Part shown: positions 24,809-36,330 of the stretch, piece after piece
How positions within the stretch are numbered: the stretch's first letter is position 1
How the letters are laid out: each line of letters begins with the position of its first letter
Assembly (NCBI GenBank): GCA_017654855.1
Contig: CM030336.1
Location: forward strand, 3,162,001 to 3,226,000
Reading direction: 5' to 3'
DNA: 64,000 nucleotides
Origin: Podospora anserina
Lineage: Eukaryota
Position numbers and translations under genes: made by a program
The notes under the pieces: generated by a model
What the model saw: the letters and a program-made list of their open reading frames with translations, nothing else
The model's database searches: none
What the model was told of the DNA's origin: nothing

Positions 24809-26580
24809 TTAACACCTCCCACGCCAACAGGAGGAGGCGACGATTCGCCAAGTGCTCCAATCTCGGCTTCCTGGCCCTTCCGCTCGCACGCGCCTGCCAC
24901 CGACACGGACATCAGCGCCTGGGAACGCAAGCCCCGTGTTTTTGCGCTTGCTGGCGACGGGGATGTCTTGATCTGGGATGGCGTCCATGCCCCGCGTCTT
25001 TGACTTTTTGCCAGCGTTGGCATCTCCATTCCCAACATCAGCCAGGTCCCTTTTGCGCTTCCCAGTTGCCACTTGAACTTGGCGACTATGACCTTGAGCC
25101 TTGAGCTCTTGACCAGTGACTTTCCCATCCTTGCCAGCGTCGCCCGTGTTGGTTGGGATACTGACGCAGTTGATGGCGTTGGCACTAATGCTGACATCAC
25201 TAATCTCGACCTTGACGATGTCCCCGGCGACACCACTGTCCTTGTTGCCACCAAGACCAGGCTTAATACCAGCACCGCTATCCAGAGGAACGAAGATGCA
25301 GTTCTCGACGATCCAGTCTTCATACCGCTTGCCCGTTTCATGAAGTAACTCACTCTCGGCAGCCTGTTCCGACATCTCATCATCCACGTCCCTCATCATT
25401 TGCGGCATGTTTCTAGTCATCTTCCAAACTTCCATTCTGGCGTCGGCCACCTGTTTTCTAGGCCTGCTCAGCTCGATTGCCTCGGCGTTTTCTTTCGAGA
25501 TGGCATTGACTCAATTCTTCGATGATGTGGTTGAAGACGGGCCGGTTGTCGTGTTTGGGACGGCTGGCGCCACAGCACTGCCCACTGTCGCGTTAGGCAT
25601 GTCAAGTAGGGGGTGCCATCGCTGCCACCTAGGATAAGTCAAACGCTGTTGAGTCGATAGCGGTGGCAATGACGGTCCGGGCACACTGAATGTGAACGCA
25701 GGGCCAGTGTCTGATGAGGCCGGACCAATGGTGGCGGATGGGACCGTTGAGGGTGGCGTGGGGAGCTTATAGCGACGGTTGTCTTCTGCATCGAAGAGGT
25801 GCTTGACTTCCGTTGTAGGGGTTTGAGACTGGGGGACCCAGTGAGGATTCTCTGACCAGCTACCTGGTACATGCTCTCCTTTGGCCAGTGTCTGATTTTG
25901 ACTAGCAAACCTGTCGGCGGTGTCGTGGGGTTCCATTTGATGCCCGGGCAGCCAAACATACTTGCAGCTGATAAAAACACCCCGGGACAACTGGGACTTT
26001 CTCAGCGCCCTCTCTTTGTCATGAATTTCCTGGATCAATCATGTTTCCAGCGGCCCTCTGAGTTTGTCCTTGCCCAGCACCTTGTTGAGAGCGTTTAGAC
26101 AATCTGTGTGGACGATAACGCTGGCAGCAAGTGGCCTCTCAATGGTAGCCAATGTCCCAAGTCTTCTGACAATGGTCTGAACCTCAAATATGGCCAACAT
26201 CAATGTCGCTAAGATGGCCACAAGCTTGGTGTACTCAGGTGAGAATGTCGGTCCCAACTTCCACCCAACAGCAACGTGTTGGGCGGGTTCGTAAACGCTG
26301 GTTATGTCATGCCGTTTGCAGGCTATGCCAATTCCTCCGAGGCTATACCTCTCAGCATAAGGCGCGATAGATCCGTCGCAAAAGAATGCCAATTGAATGC
26401 ACAACGGCGAGGGTACATGAACCGAAGCTCTGTGGGCAGCCTCTAAGGCGTCCTTGTGTTCTTTCCGGTCGAGGGAAAGGTTTTGCCGTTTTCGGACTCG
26501 CTTATGGGGTGTCGCAATAACAAGTGGCACCCCACCCTCTTTGCTGTTGTTGTTATTTTCATCATCATCTGAAAATAACT
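24809..26580 (-). pseudogene. Stand-alone RNase H-like domain protein pseudogene with a long low-complexity C-terminus
   Basis: Three track ORFs share one frame, separated by TGA codons at 26039-26041 and 25511-25513. Motifs: FFCDGS, EYTKLVAI (K at the usual catalytic E), VHTDC, WLPGH, DTADRFA. Confidence 0.7.
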
Positions 26581-26796
26581 GTCACTGCGACGTTGAAATT
26601 AGCTTATCGTTTTCAGTAGCAGCAAACTATATATAAGTTAAGATATATCTAACGTTATAGACTAATCGGTCGAAAGAGTCTGGTGGAAACGGTGACGAAT
26701 TTCGAAAATGAAATCAAATAGGGGTCTCAGGGATAGATACTTAAAGTAGTAGCTCTCCGACAAACTCTTCGAATGAACTATACAGCTCTCTATCTA

Positions 26797-26990
26797 TGTG
26801 ACGAACCCCTGTACAGAACCTCTGAAAGGGATACTCGGTTGAAGGCTACTTCTAACAATTGGTTCGGTGCAGCTAAACAGTGCATAACAAGATATCTCAA
26901 TGTAAACACAAGATACCGTGAATACAAGCTGTGATTGCATACTGCGGAACTATCTACAAGCTATCTAGTTTCTCTGTATATATAGACCGA
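26797..26990 (+). mobile_element. 5' half of an LTR (same family as 34932, 51811, 54223), truncated by the DNA transposon
   Basis: Begins TGTGACGAACCCCTGTACAGAACCTCTGAAAGGGATACT and matches the other copies up to TATATATAGACC. Confidence 0.85.
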
Positions 26991-26993
26991 TTA

Positions 26994-28854
26994 ACGTACA
27001 TTATAAGCGAGCGACCAATATAAGCGAGCGACCACTTTTTTCACGCAACGCCTAACCTCACCCTCAAAACCTAATTTTCTCAACAATCCAAAATGCCATC
27101 TACTTCAAAGGAAGCCCATATAATCTTAGCCCTTGAGGCTCTTCAAAATGATAAAAATCTAAGTGTATTAGCGGCAGCCAAGATATATAACGTCGATCGC
27201 AGTACGCTCAAATACCGACGCGCCGGCCGGCCTGCACAACGCGATACTACGCCCAAATCGAAGAAGCTTACTCAATCCGAAGAGAATACTATTATTCAAT
27301 ATATTATTAAGCTATATACGCGAGCTTTTCCACTAAGATTACGTAGTGTGGAAGATATAACTAACCAACTACTACGCGTACGCGACGCGCCCCCTGTTAG
27401 CAAGCTCTAGGCATATAACTTTATTAAACGCTAGCTAAAGCTCCGTACACGCTTTACGCGTAGATACGATTACTAGAGGGCTAAATATAAGGATCTAAAG
27501 GTTATTAGCGAGTAGTTTATACTTATACGGAATACTAAAGCTAAGTATAGTATTATAAATAACGATATTTATAATTTCGACGAAACTAGGTTTATAATAG
27601 GTATTATTTTCGCGGGTATAATAATTACGACTTTAAACGGTTTTAATAAAGCGAAACTAACTTAGTTTAGTAACTATAAATAAATAACGGTAATTTAAGA
27701 AGTTAATACCTTCGGCTAGACTATCCCTTTTTTTATTATTTTAGCCGCGTAGTATTATTTTACTAATTAATATACCGAGTATAATTTATTATTTATTTAG
27801 CGTATCGTAACTATTAATAATAGCTAGACTATTAATGCGGTAAGTCTAGATAAATTAAGTACTTCGATTATTATATAGTATTTCGTATAAAAAGTAAATA
27901 CCGGTTATTAATCTTTAACGGTTACGAAAGCTATTACTCGACCGAATTCGAGCGCTACTACCAATAAAATAATATTATTACGCTTTATATACCTTTACAC
28001 TCCTCTTACCTCCTCTAGCCACTCGATATTAGCTGCTTTGGGCCGCTAAAACAGGTATACGGTCGCTAGATCGAGGACTTAATGCGCATATATATTAACT
28101 ATATAAGTAAGCTCGAGTTCCTCTATATCTTCCGCGAAACTTTCTTCGCCTCTATAATAGAGAGGAATATATACGGTAGCTTTATAGGTACTAGCCTTAT
28201 ACCGTATAATCTAGAGAAGGTGCTTTCTAAGCTAAATATAAAGCTTCGTACGCTAATACCTCCAAACTTACGGCTCGGCACTGTATAACTTTAGGTCTTC
28301 TAGATATTACATAACCCTCGAGAAGCTAACTCACAGTCAACGCTTATTAAGACTCGCATTACTAACTATTAAAATAGCTCCCCGACTTCAATACTGGCTG
28401 CGGTAGACCAGCTTGCTAAGGGTACAACGGCTATAATGCACCAGGTAGCTCTCCTTCGTGCAGAGGTCTCTTCGCTACGCAAGGCCAATGAGGAGCTTAG
28501 TAAGAGACGGAGAGCCAAAAAAACACGTGTGCGGCTTGGAGGGTCACTTACTGTACAAGAGGCACAGGATATACTAGACCAGAAGGCTGTGGGTGAGCAG
28601 GTGGCCCAAGAAATACGACAAAGTGGTGGTGGTGCAACGGGGTCTCGTACGAAGATTCGGTGCTGTGGTGTGCGTGGCAAGCCTGGCCATAATGCGCGCA
28701 CTTGCCAGGAGGCTGCAGATGCCTCAGACTCAGCTGTTTCTGATGTTATTATAGTTGGTTCTCAATATTGTTGTATAGCAATCGAGTTTAGTTGTGGTAG
28801 ACTGGTAGAAAGTGTTTCACTCGCTTATCTGTTTCACTCGCTTATAATGTACGT
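26994..28854 (+). mobile_element. Fot1/Pot2 (pogo-like, Tc1/mariner superfamily) DNA transposon, RIP-inactivated
   Basis: Flanked by TA. TIRs start ACGTACATTATAAGCGAG. Length ~1.86 kb. HTH-type N-terminus from 27093 (AAAKIYNVDRSTLKYR), a DDE region full of stops, and a C-terminal knuckle remnant CGVRGKPGHNARTC. Confidence 0.93.
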
Positions 28855-28864
28855 TAGCTATATT

Positions 28865-29045
28865 TTTTACCGCCCGTTTTATTTTCGATTTTTGTTTTCT
28901 GTCGGCGCTTACATGCTTCAAGTTCATTGGAAGGCTGAGGGGTGTGAATGTAGAAGATAGGGAGAGAAATCTTCCTCAGTCTTTGGCAGTATGTCTTCCG
29001 AAATCTGCATCGGATTTCCCTGGAAATGACAGTCTGGGTGCATAC
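28865..29045 (-). pseudogene. Gene remnant homologous to 35597-35780
   Basis: PDCHFQGNPMQI...KTEEDF / FYIHTPQP here versus PDNQFKGNVMPI...TEEDCPVVFYIHSPQP at the second site. Both are frameshifted. Confidence 0.55.
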
Positions 29046-29785
29046 TACAGAACTGTCTACACCTAGCCAGTTCCTCCGTATATATATACCATAAATCATC
29101 GTGGGAAATACCAGAAATGACTCAGACAACTTGAAGCAAGTAGTACTCTACGAGTTAGTAAAGCCCAACAAAATGGACGGAGACAGCAACTCTTCGCGAG
29201 GCCGGGGAGTTCAGAGCCAGGACCCGTCGGTAAAGCCTAGTGGATGCCCGAGCTAAATCCCAAGTTCTCTATTGCCCTTCAGGTTTGGTCCTGCAACCGT
29301 ACCTCATGCTCTTTATAGAAACTAGCAACGCCGGCCTATTAGCCCGCCAGATCAACTTCCCTTATCCCCTACAACCCTCCTAAAATATTAGATCTACTGT
29401 CGCGGCCCAACATCTCACCAAGCCGTCCACTCTTGCACACATCGTTTTTGCAGATGGCTAATCGGGGGTTCCGAGACGGAGCGGGACTAAAACAACCATC
29501 ATTTTGGTGAACAATTTCAACGCGTAGGACCGGGCATAGGAAGAACAGGCCATGTCACCACTGAGATAAGGCAGAACAATCGAGATTATTGCTCATCCGC
29601 GAACACTGTTTTTGCAACACTTCCTCGGAGGGACGAAGACACGGCAGTTAAGGAACCCTGAAAGCACGATCGATAGCAGTACAATCCTAAACCTGCTATT
29701 CTAGGAGCACCAGCAAGACCGTAGACGTGGTCTAAGCGTGCTATTTCTAGATCCCTGTGAGGATCTACCACGTCTGATAGCTTGC

Positions 29786-31117
29786 TTACTGGCTAAACTG
29801 CCACCAGTTAAACCGGAACAGCTCGCCCCCGGCCCCAGTAAAGCGAAAGAAGAGATCCCTGGTGCCTGTGGCGCCGCCAACAGCGCAATTAACGTTGGTC
29901 CATGTCTGCCAACCGCCAGTGCCAGGCACATTGCAGGTCCCGACAAGCGTGCCGCCGGTGCTGTCTAGGCGCACCTCGATCTTGCCGCCCGAAGTGGCGG
30001 ACGAGACCCGCGCAGTGAAGGACTTGGCGCCGCTACCAAACGCGACGCCCTTGACCTTGATGTAATCTCCGTTATTGATGGACAACACATTCATACCGCC
30101 CTCGCTGCACGGCTCTGTCTGCACGCCCGATTCCCATGCAATGGTCTCGGCCTCCTGGCGCACGTAGGGGTTAAGGTTGCCGACCTGGGGTGCGCCGTCC
30201 TTGGACATGTTGATGACGGGAATGGAGCCGTTGGCGCCGTACGTGAAGGGCTCGACACAGACGGAGCGGGTGTAGCCGCCGCCGCCGGGCAGCGCGCCGT
30301 TGTGGTAAAAGAAGTAGGACGAGCCCTGGTAGTCGATCACGCCCGGGTGGTTGGTAAAGCTGCTGCCCTGGGTGGGCATCACGACACCGCCGTATGTCCA
30401 GGGGCCGGTCGGGCCGGGCCCGGTCGAGTAGCCAATGTGCTCTGAGCAGCAGCTGGCGGCGAACACCATGTAGTATTTGCCCGTCCGCTTGTAGATCCAG
30501 GACCCTTCCTCATACGTGGTCGGCCGCTCGGCGTTGCCGGAGCGGGTGCCGAAGCCAGTCGTCGTCAACGTCACCGTGTTGATGCCGCCGCTGTATGACA
30601 CCATATCCGGGTTCAGTTTGACGTACCACAGCCCCGGATTTCCCCAGTACATGTAGGCCTGGCCGTCATCATCAATCCACACAGTCGGGTCGATCCCCCA
30701 GTTCTCGACCAGCGGCCTGCCCAGCGCGTCACGGAAGGGCCCTGTAGGGCTGTCGCTGACGCCCACGCCGACGGCCATGGCACCATTTCGGCGGCGCATC
30801 GAAGCGTACCAGTAAAACTTGCCATTGCGCTGGATCGTCTGTCCCGCCCACGCGTTAGCATCGGCCCAGCTAAAGGTCGCCAGGCTCATAGGCGAGCCGT
30901 GGTCCTGCCAGTTGACCATATCGACCGAAGAGAAGACGCGCCAATCCTTCATGACAAAGGTGGTCGACCCGGGCTCATCATGGCCAGTGTAGAGGTACAC
31001 ACGTCCATTGTGCACGAGCGGCGCCGGGTCGGTGGAGTATATGGTCTGAATAATAGGGTTGTCGGCCGTAGCCACGCTGGCCAGGGCGGCAGTGAGTAAC
31101 GGCGCTGAGACTTTCAT
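29786..31117 (-). CDS. Secreted GH43 beta-xylosidase/arabinofuranosidase with C-terminal CBM6
   Basis: Signal peptide MKVSAPLLTAALASVATA, TDPAPLV, AWAGQ, IDPTVWIDDDG, YEEGSW, TNHPG. CBM6 motifs RQEAET and TGGWQTW. Intronless and GC-rich. Confidence 0.93.
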   Translation of the reverse strand: MKVSAPLLTAALASVATADNPIIQTIYSTDPAPLVHNGRVYLYTGHDEPGSTTFVMKDWRVFSSVDMVNWQDHGSPMSLATFSWADANAWAGQTIQRNGKFYWYASMRRRNGAMAVGVGVSDSPTGPFRDALGRPLVENWGIDPTVWIDDDGQAYMYWGNPGLWYVKLNPDMVSYSGGINTVTLTTTGFGTRSGNAERPTTYEEGSWIYKRTGKYYMVFAASCCSEHIGYSTGPGPTGPWTYGGVVMPTQGSSFTNHPGVIDYQGSSYFFYHNGALPGGGGYTRSVCVEPFTYGANGSIPVINMSKDGAPQVGNLNPYVRQEAETIAWESGVQTEPCSEGGMNVLSINNGDYIKVKGVAFGSGAKSFTARVSSATSGGKIEVRLDSTGGTLVGTCNVPGTGGWQTWTNVNCAVGGATGTRDLFFRFTGAGGELFRFNWWQFSQ

Positions 31118-31859
31118 GGTCAGGCTAGGGTGAGCATTGGCTTGGGGACCGTGGATAATGTCGAGGACTGCGATCTGAGCCGATTCTCGAGTGCAATAAC
31201 ATCCTGATGTCGCAGCGATCAGGTCAAGAGTTGATATAATTTTCAGGGGTGAGATGTTCTCAATCAGCAAACGACAAACTGTGTACCTAGGACTCCGAAA
31301 TTGACGGCCAGCGGCTTGCATATTATGTCACGATGCAATATACGTGCGTAGCTCATCACCGCTTTTGGCAAAGCGGACCCAACTTCCCGGTCGACATAAG
31401 CTCCCGTAGGCTTAGTCGTGAACCGCACCAGTCCGAGAAGGCTTCCGTTGTGACATTCCGATAACCGGGGCTTTATAACCTGTCCGACGGTCCCAGCGAT
31501 ATAAGCGCGCCAAGGGAAAATCACCACTTGCCGAACAATACATAATAAAGGTTGCCGTATGTAATCGAGTGAGCAGGGGTCTACCCTATTAATCCCATCT
31601 TCACCTAAAAGCCTCTAAATTCGCCCCTATGTTTATCTTTCCATAACCCTTATACGGTCGTGCAAATGCGACCGTTAAATGTAGCTTATGGAGGCCATTA
31701 AAATGATCCTTTGTCTAGAAACTTTGGTGCAGAAAAGTTCAATGGAATCTACTATTGAAGTGTTCAACGGAATCTACCCCCTGTTTCTAAAGGGGCCCTT
31801 TTTTTGCGGGCAACTTCATCGGAATCTACTATAGTCCATCGGAGAATAATAGATAGGGG

Positions 31860-32870
31860 CATCACGGCCGGCACGAGCACAACGGCGTCTCACATCCTCC
31901 TGGGCCATCGAGGCACCCCGGGCATCAGCAGCCGCCAGTATAGTGTCGTCGTCGACGACAATATGCGTATCTGGCTGCACAACCGCTACTCAACGCATGG
32001 GACCGCGGTCGGATACAATGGGCAGAACGAGAAGGAGATACGTTTAAATGAGATGTGGATCCTGGCGTTCGATCCCGGCGCGGAGAGTTCCTTTCGCCTC
32101 ATCACCGTTGCCTCGAGCGGTCTCGCCATCCTCATCGAGTTTTCCAACCACCAAGGCAAAGAGGCACAGTATATTGAAAACCTACGCGCACTTATTAAGA
32201 AAGCTACGGAAGACGAAGTTCCGGGCCTTACGGCCTCGACCTGGTCAGCCCGGCTGTGACCGAACCGCCGAGTGAAGCTCAGACCACCTCTGAACGCCTG
32301 ATCTATTTCAAAGAACGTAAAATCGGGAGCGGCATATTCGGTCGCGTGTTCCGGCTCATCAGAGCCCGCGACGGCCAGTATTTCGCTGGCAAGGTCTTCA
32401 CGCCGCCGCCGACCAGCAAAAAGAGGCGCCGCGGGGAGACCGACCCAGCATAGCTCATTGGGATTCGGAGAGAATATACCCTTGCGAAGGAAAATCCCCA
32501 TATACGTTACTATTCTGTGTTCCTCTCCTCCCCTCCTTCCCTTCTTTTTCCTCCTTTCTTGCTTTTTTCTGTTTCTTTTCCTATAGTTTACCCAATATAT
32601 ATCAGGTGCGCTTCCCCAAGGTGTCTCGGGACCAGTGGCGTGCCTGTCCCAGACCTGGGTGGACATCCTGACGAATCAGTTGGATGACCAGGAGGAGGGT
32701 GTCGATGTTGAGTTGCTGCAGGACATGCTGGTTCTCGACCAGAAGAAGAGATCAAGTGCGTACCAGTGCCTCGAGGAGGGCCTCAGCAATGGCTTATTCA
32801 GGCGACGAACCGTCGACGGGCTCGTCGCGTGTGCCTGGACCCGCACTGGCGGTTCCCAAACGCAATGATC
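31860..32870 (+). pseudogene. FHA-like domain + Ser/Thr protein kinase relic
   Basis: FHA-like GISSRQY...STHGTAV, a frameshift, then IGSGIFGRVFRL...FAGKVF and an in-frame TAG. After that only the C-lobe end remains (LLQDMLVLDQKKRSSAYQCL). The catalytic core is absent. Confidence 0.7.
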
Positions 32871-33815
32871 CCAACGCTACTCTTATAGTAGCTTGAGAGG
32901 CAGTCACGAATCGGACGACCAAACACCGAGTCTTTTTTACTGCCGCGGCGAGCAAGCCGACCGCTGCAAGCGGGATAAAAGCATTTGCATACCTACTGCT
33001 TCCCGAACCTAAGCGCTATGTACTTCAATAGTTCCTCCTTTGCTCGTACTCTTGCGCTACGACTTGACGACTCCGAAATCGAACGCCGGCGGCAGCGTGC
33101 CCTTGACGTCCTCCAGGGCCGTCAGCTTAGGCATTTCGCCCTCGTAGGTGCTCGCCTGCATCCTCCAGGCCCAGTCGGAGACTCTGACGTACGACAGCCG
33201 GCAGCATCGCAAGACGAGCTTAGCCGCTAGGGCCTTGGCTTCTCTCCGGTCTAAGGCCTGGTCAGTATCCGGACTGTCTCTGCTGCCTGCTGTAACCCAC
33301 AGTTTGCGGAGGAAGCTGGAACATAACTACGTGCTTGGAGGAACATTTATGTGCCTAGAGGAACTTTGCCTGGAGGAACTTTGTTCCGGAAGGTTCGTTG
33401 GGACGAAAAAACCATGCCCCTACCTAAGCTCAGACCATCTCTTCTCCTCCCCTTTCCCGCTTTCGAAAACAGTGTCGTTTAGTTCGTCCTATTAAACTCG
33501 TGATTGTGTTGTTCTTTCCACACTTATCTCGGTCGGAGACGCCGTTTACCCGTTTCTTGGCTCGTTTTTCTTGGCTCGTTACTCGCCGGAGACAAGCAGG
33601 CCGGCTGCCGAGGTTCGGAGTATCGACCGTCACCATCACTGTGCACCCGCCTCTGACCCGAAGGCCGCAGAGACGAGAACGTCATGCAAAGATATATATA
33701 ACTATGGAAGCAACCGTGAAAGAAGTTTCTTGCGTTAGGTTGCCGCCTCAGTCTAGAGGGTCGCGTCCTCTTCGTCGGCGGCTTTAGGAGCTGGGGCTGA
33801 TTCAGGCATAGATTG

Positions 33816-34845
33816 CTATTTCTGAAACCACGTCTCGTGCCCGTGGTCCAATTCGAACCGCTGTCTGGTCTCCTCGCCCCGACTTTCCAGCCCGCGGATG
33901 GCGTCCCTTATCTCTTTGTCGAGCACGTTCCTCCGCTCAAAGAAGTCGCCCCGCTCGGGTCTGCGAAAGAGTTGCAGCCCCTCCCACCTCTCCGCCCTCG
34001 ACAGCTGCACGTAAAGGCTCATAAAGCTGGGCCGCGTCGCCGTGCCGCTCGGGTGGACGCCTTTAAGGTTGACAAGGACGTCCGAGATGCAAAGTTACAT
34101 CGCTGGCGAGCGCGATGGTGCCGGAGGCGAAATCGGGAAGGATGTCGAACGGCTCGGAAAGGCGCCTAGTTGACCACCTTCAGCCCGGCGAACTGGTTCC
34201 GGGTCACCACCACCGGCATCCCTTGCGCATAGAAGAACAGGCCGGGCATCGACAGCTGCGAGTCATCTCCGTACCGGAGCACGTTGCGCAGCTCTTCCAC
34301 GCCCAACCGCCTCCCCGACTCGGTGTCGTGCTTGGCCACGAAGATGGAGATATGCCTGCCGTGCGCACGAGTCCACTGGACGAGGGCGGCCATGTTCAGG
34401 TCCCACTGGTCCCGATTCAGCGGCGTGATGGCTCTGAGGCCGTCTACGAAAGTGGACTGAGACGATGGCGTATAAAGGCGGCGGCACAGCCGCTGGAAGT
34501 CCAGCTCGGTCTGCTTGCCGTTGCGCAGGCGCCCTAGGAAGCCCCGCAGCCTTGGACAGCCGGCCGCGCGGGCCTGCTCGCGGAGGATGACGACGTTCGT
34601 GAACTGGAGGAACAGCTTGTGCGCTGCCAGATGCTTCGCTAAGCTCTCCGTTTTCCGCACGCCGCCGTCCCTGGGCTCGGGTAGGAGGAGGCTGGTCCAT
34701 CGGACCGGGTCGAACTAGAAGAAGTCGCCGAAGAACATAACGATCGGGATCCCGCTGAACGGGCGATACTGGTCGTCCCTGTATTACCTTAGGCGGCTGT
34801 CTACCGCCGTAAGCGTAAGACCGCCCACCTGGCTAATCTCCTACT
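33816..34845 (-). mobile_element. PIF1-family helicase relic (Helitron-like element)
   Basis: PFSGIPIVMFFGDFF*FDPV, FTNVVILREQARA, GMPVVVTRN and YVQLSRA are PIF1 motifs. Stops and deletions are present, and an AT-rich flank lies toward the LTR. Confidence 0.75.
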
Positions 34846-34931
34846 TATGGGCCCTATGCCCGGGCGTAAGTAATTAAGTCGAAATACGGAGTTATAAAAT
34901 AAAGTTACGTATTAACCCCGTAATCTAGCTC

Positions 34932-35382
34932 TGTGACGAACCCCTATCCAGAACCTCTGAAAGGGATACTGGTTGAAGGCACTTCTGAACAATCCTGGTT
35001 CGGTACAGCTAAACAGTGTACAACAATGGCTTGTCTCAATCACAATAATCTGAATACCAACGATTGTGACTTCTATTGCATAGTGCGGAAGTGTCTATCT
35101 ACACCAGCCAGTTCCTCCGTATATATGGACCTTGAGACCCCGAAGTGCTCATCGTGCTATGGCCCCGATCACTCCTAGCACATTGCATCCTGCAGAGTGC
35201 TCGTCGTGCTATGCCTTCGATCACCCCGAGCATCTTGCATCCTGCAGAGTGCTCGTGGGTCTTGGCGTCATAGCACTCTCTGGCCAGCCCCAAATTGGCT
35301 GTCTCCTGACTTTCCTAGTGATTGGCTGGGGACGTCCTGCGCCCCACATACTGCGCGACCTGCCGTTGGGTTAACTGTGACA
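34932..35382 (+). mobile_element. Solo LTR (TG...CA), possibly crapaud-like Ty3/Gypsy family; no TSD
   Basis: TGTGACGAACCCC...TTAACTGTGACA. The flanks AGCTC and GCCGC do not match. Confidence 0.85.
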
Positions 35383-35596
35383 GCCGCACTCCAGGCTAGC
35401 GAATAGTATATGCACCGATATAACCGCTTTTCAAACATGCTCACATACCACCCAGGCTTGGCGAACATGAGTGGAGAATGCAACGATTATGAGAAACTCG
35501 GAATGAATGTGTAATTAAGTGTCAATAGACGCGTCATGGTAGATAGATGAGGTACCTCGTCCTGCCGGAGCTGGAAATAGAGTGTGTGTCGTGATG

Positions 35597-36330
35597 GTTG
35601 CCGCCCGGTTCTATTTTCAACTTCTTATGTTTATTTTCTGTTGGCGCTTAGCGGCTAAGCAGGTATCGAATGGCTGAGGGGAGTGGATGTAGAAAACCAC
35701 AGGGCAATCTTCCTCAGTTTTCAGCAGATATTTCTGCCAGAATCGGCATCACATTTCCCTTGAATTGATTGTCTGGAAGTTCTTGCCACGTTGGTTCGGT
35801 GCTGCCGGTGAACACAAAAATGTCTCTTGCGGTGTCATTATCCTCAGTCCCAGTCGTCTGTTGGGCGGTGGTATGATTGGCAGCACCATCTTGCATGGCG
35901 GCAAGGGCAGTGGCATCGGGAACTGCTAATTCTTATTATTAGGACATCAGAAAGCGTATTGTGACTGGGGGCATAGTGTAGACTCCGGCAGTATGACAAA
36001 CCAATCACAGTTGTACTCGTGTCGGCTATGGTGGTGGCGACCACCTCTGGGTTTGACAGGGAAGCGGAGGGAGTCGTAGTCGGGGTGGGCTCCGGATTCT
36101 GGACGGCGAGGCTGCCTGTCGTGCTGGCTTGGTCTTCGACAAACATGGTCAGCGAAGGTATTCCATACTTCTCATGGCAATGAAACTTTACTCACTGCCA
36201 CGGCTGCGCCTGTTGCGCTTTGATCTTCGTCCTTTTGTTATGATTCTTCGACTTTCGGAGCCACCTTGTTGCTGTTGTTGGCAGGGATCGCAGTCGAAGA
36301 TTTTGCTTCAAGACGGAAAGTGATCGTAAA
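35597..36330 (-). pseudogene. Degenerate gene of unknown function, partly homologous to 28865-29045
   Basis: Short T/P-rich ORF pieces plus the shared FxGN...TEED...FYIHxPQP segment. Confidence 0.4.

Noticed and set aside
25511-26041. TGA codons as programmed readthrough or selenocysteine
   Set aside because: A catalytic-site substitution and the adjacent TE damage make simple pseudogenisation more likely, and no supporting signal is seen.
31624-31859. Possible MITE with CCCCTAT...ATAGGGG ends and repeated GGAATCTAC words
   Set aside because: The inverted match is short, no TSD is evident, and there is only one copy in the window.
32256-32520. In-frame TAG in the kinase as a candidate for A-to-I stop-codon correction
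   Set aside because: The gene also has a frameshift and lacks the catalytic core, so editing could not restore it.
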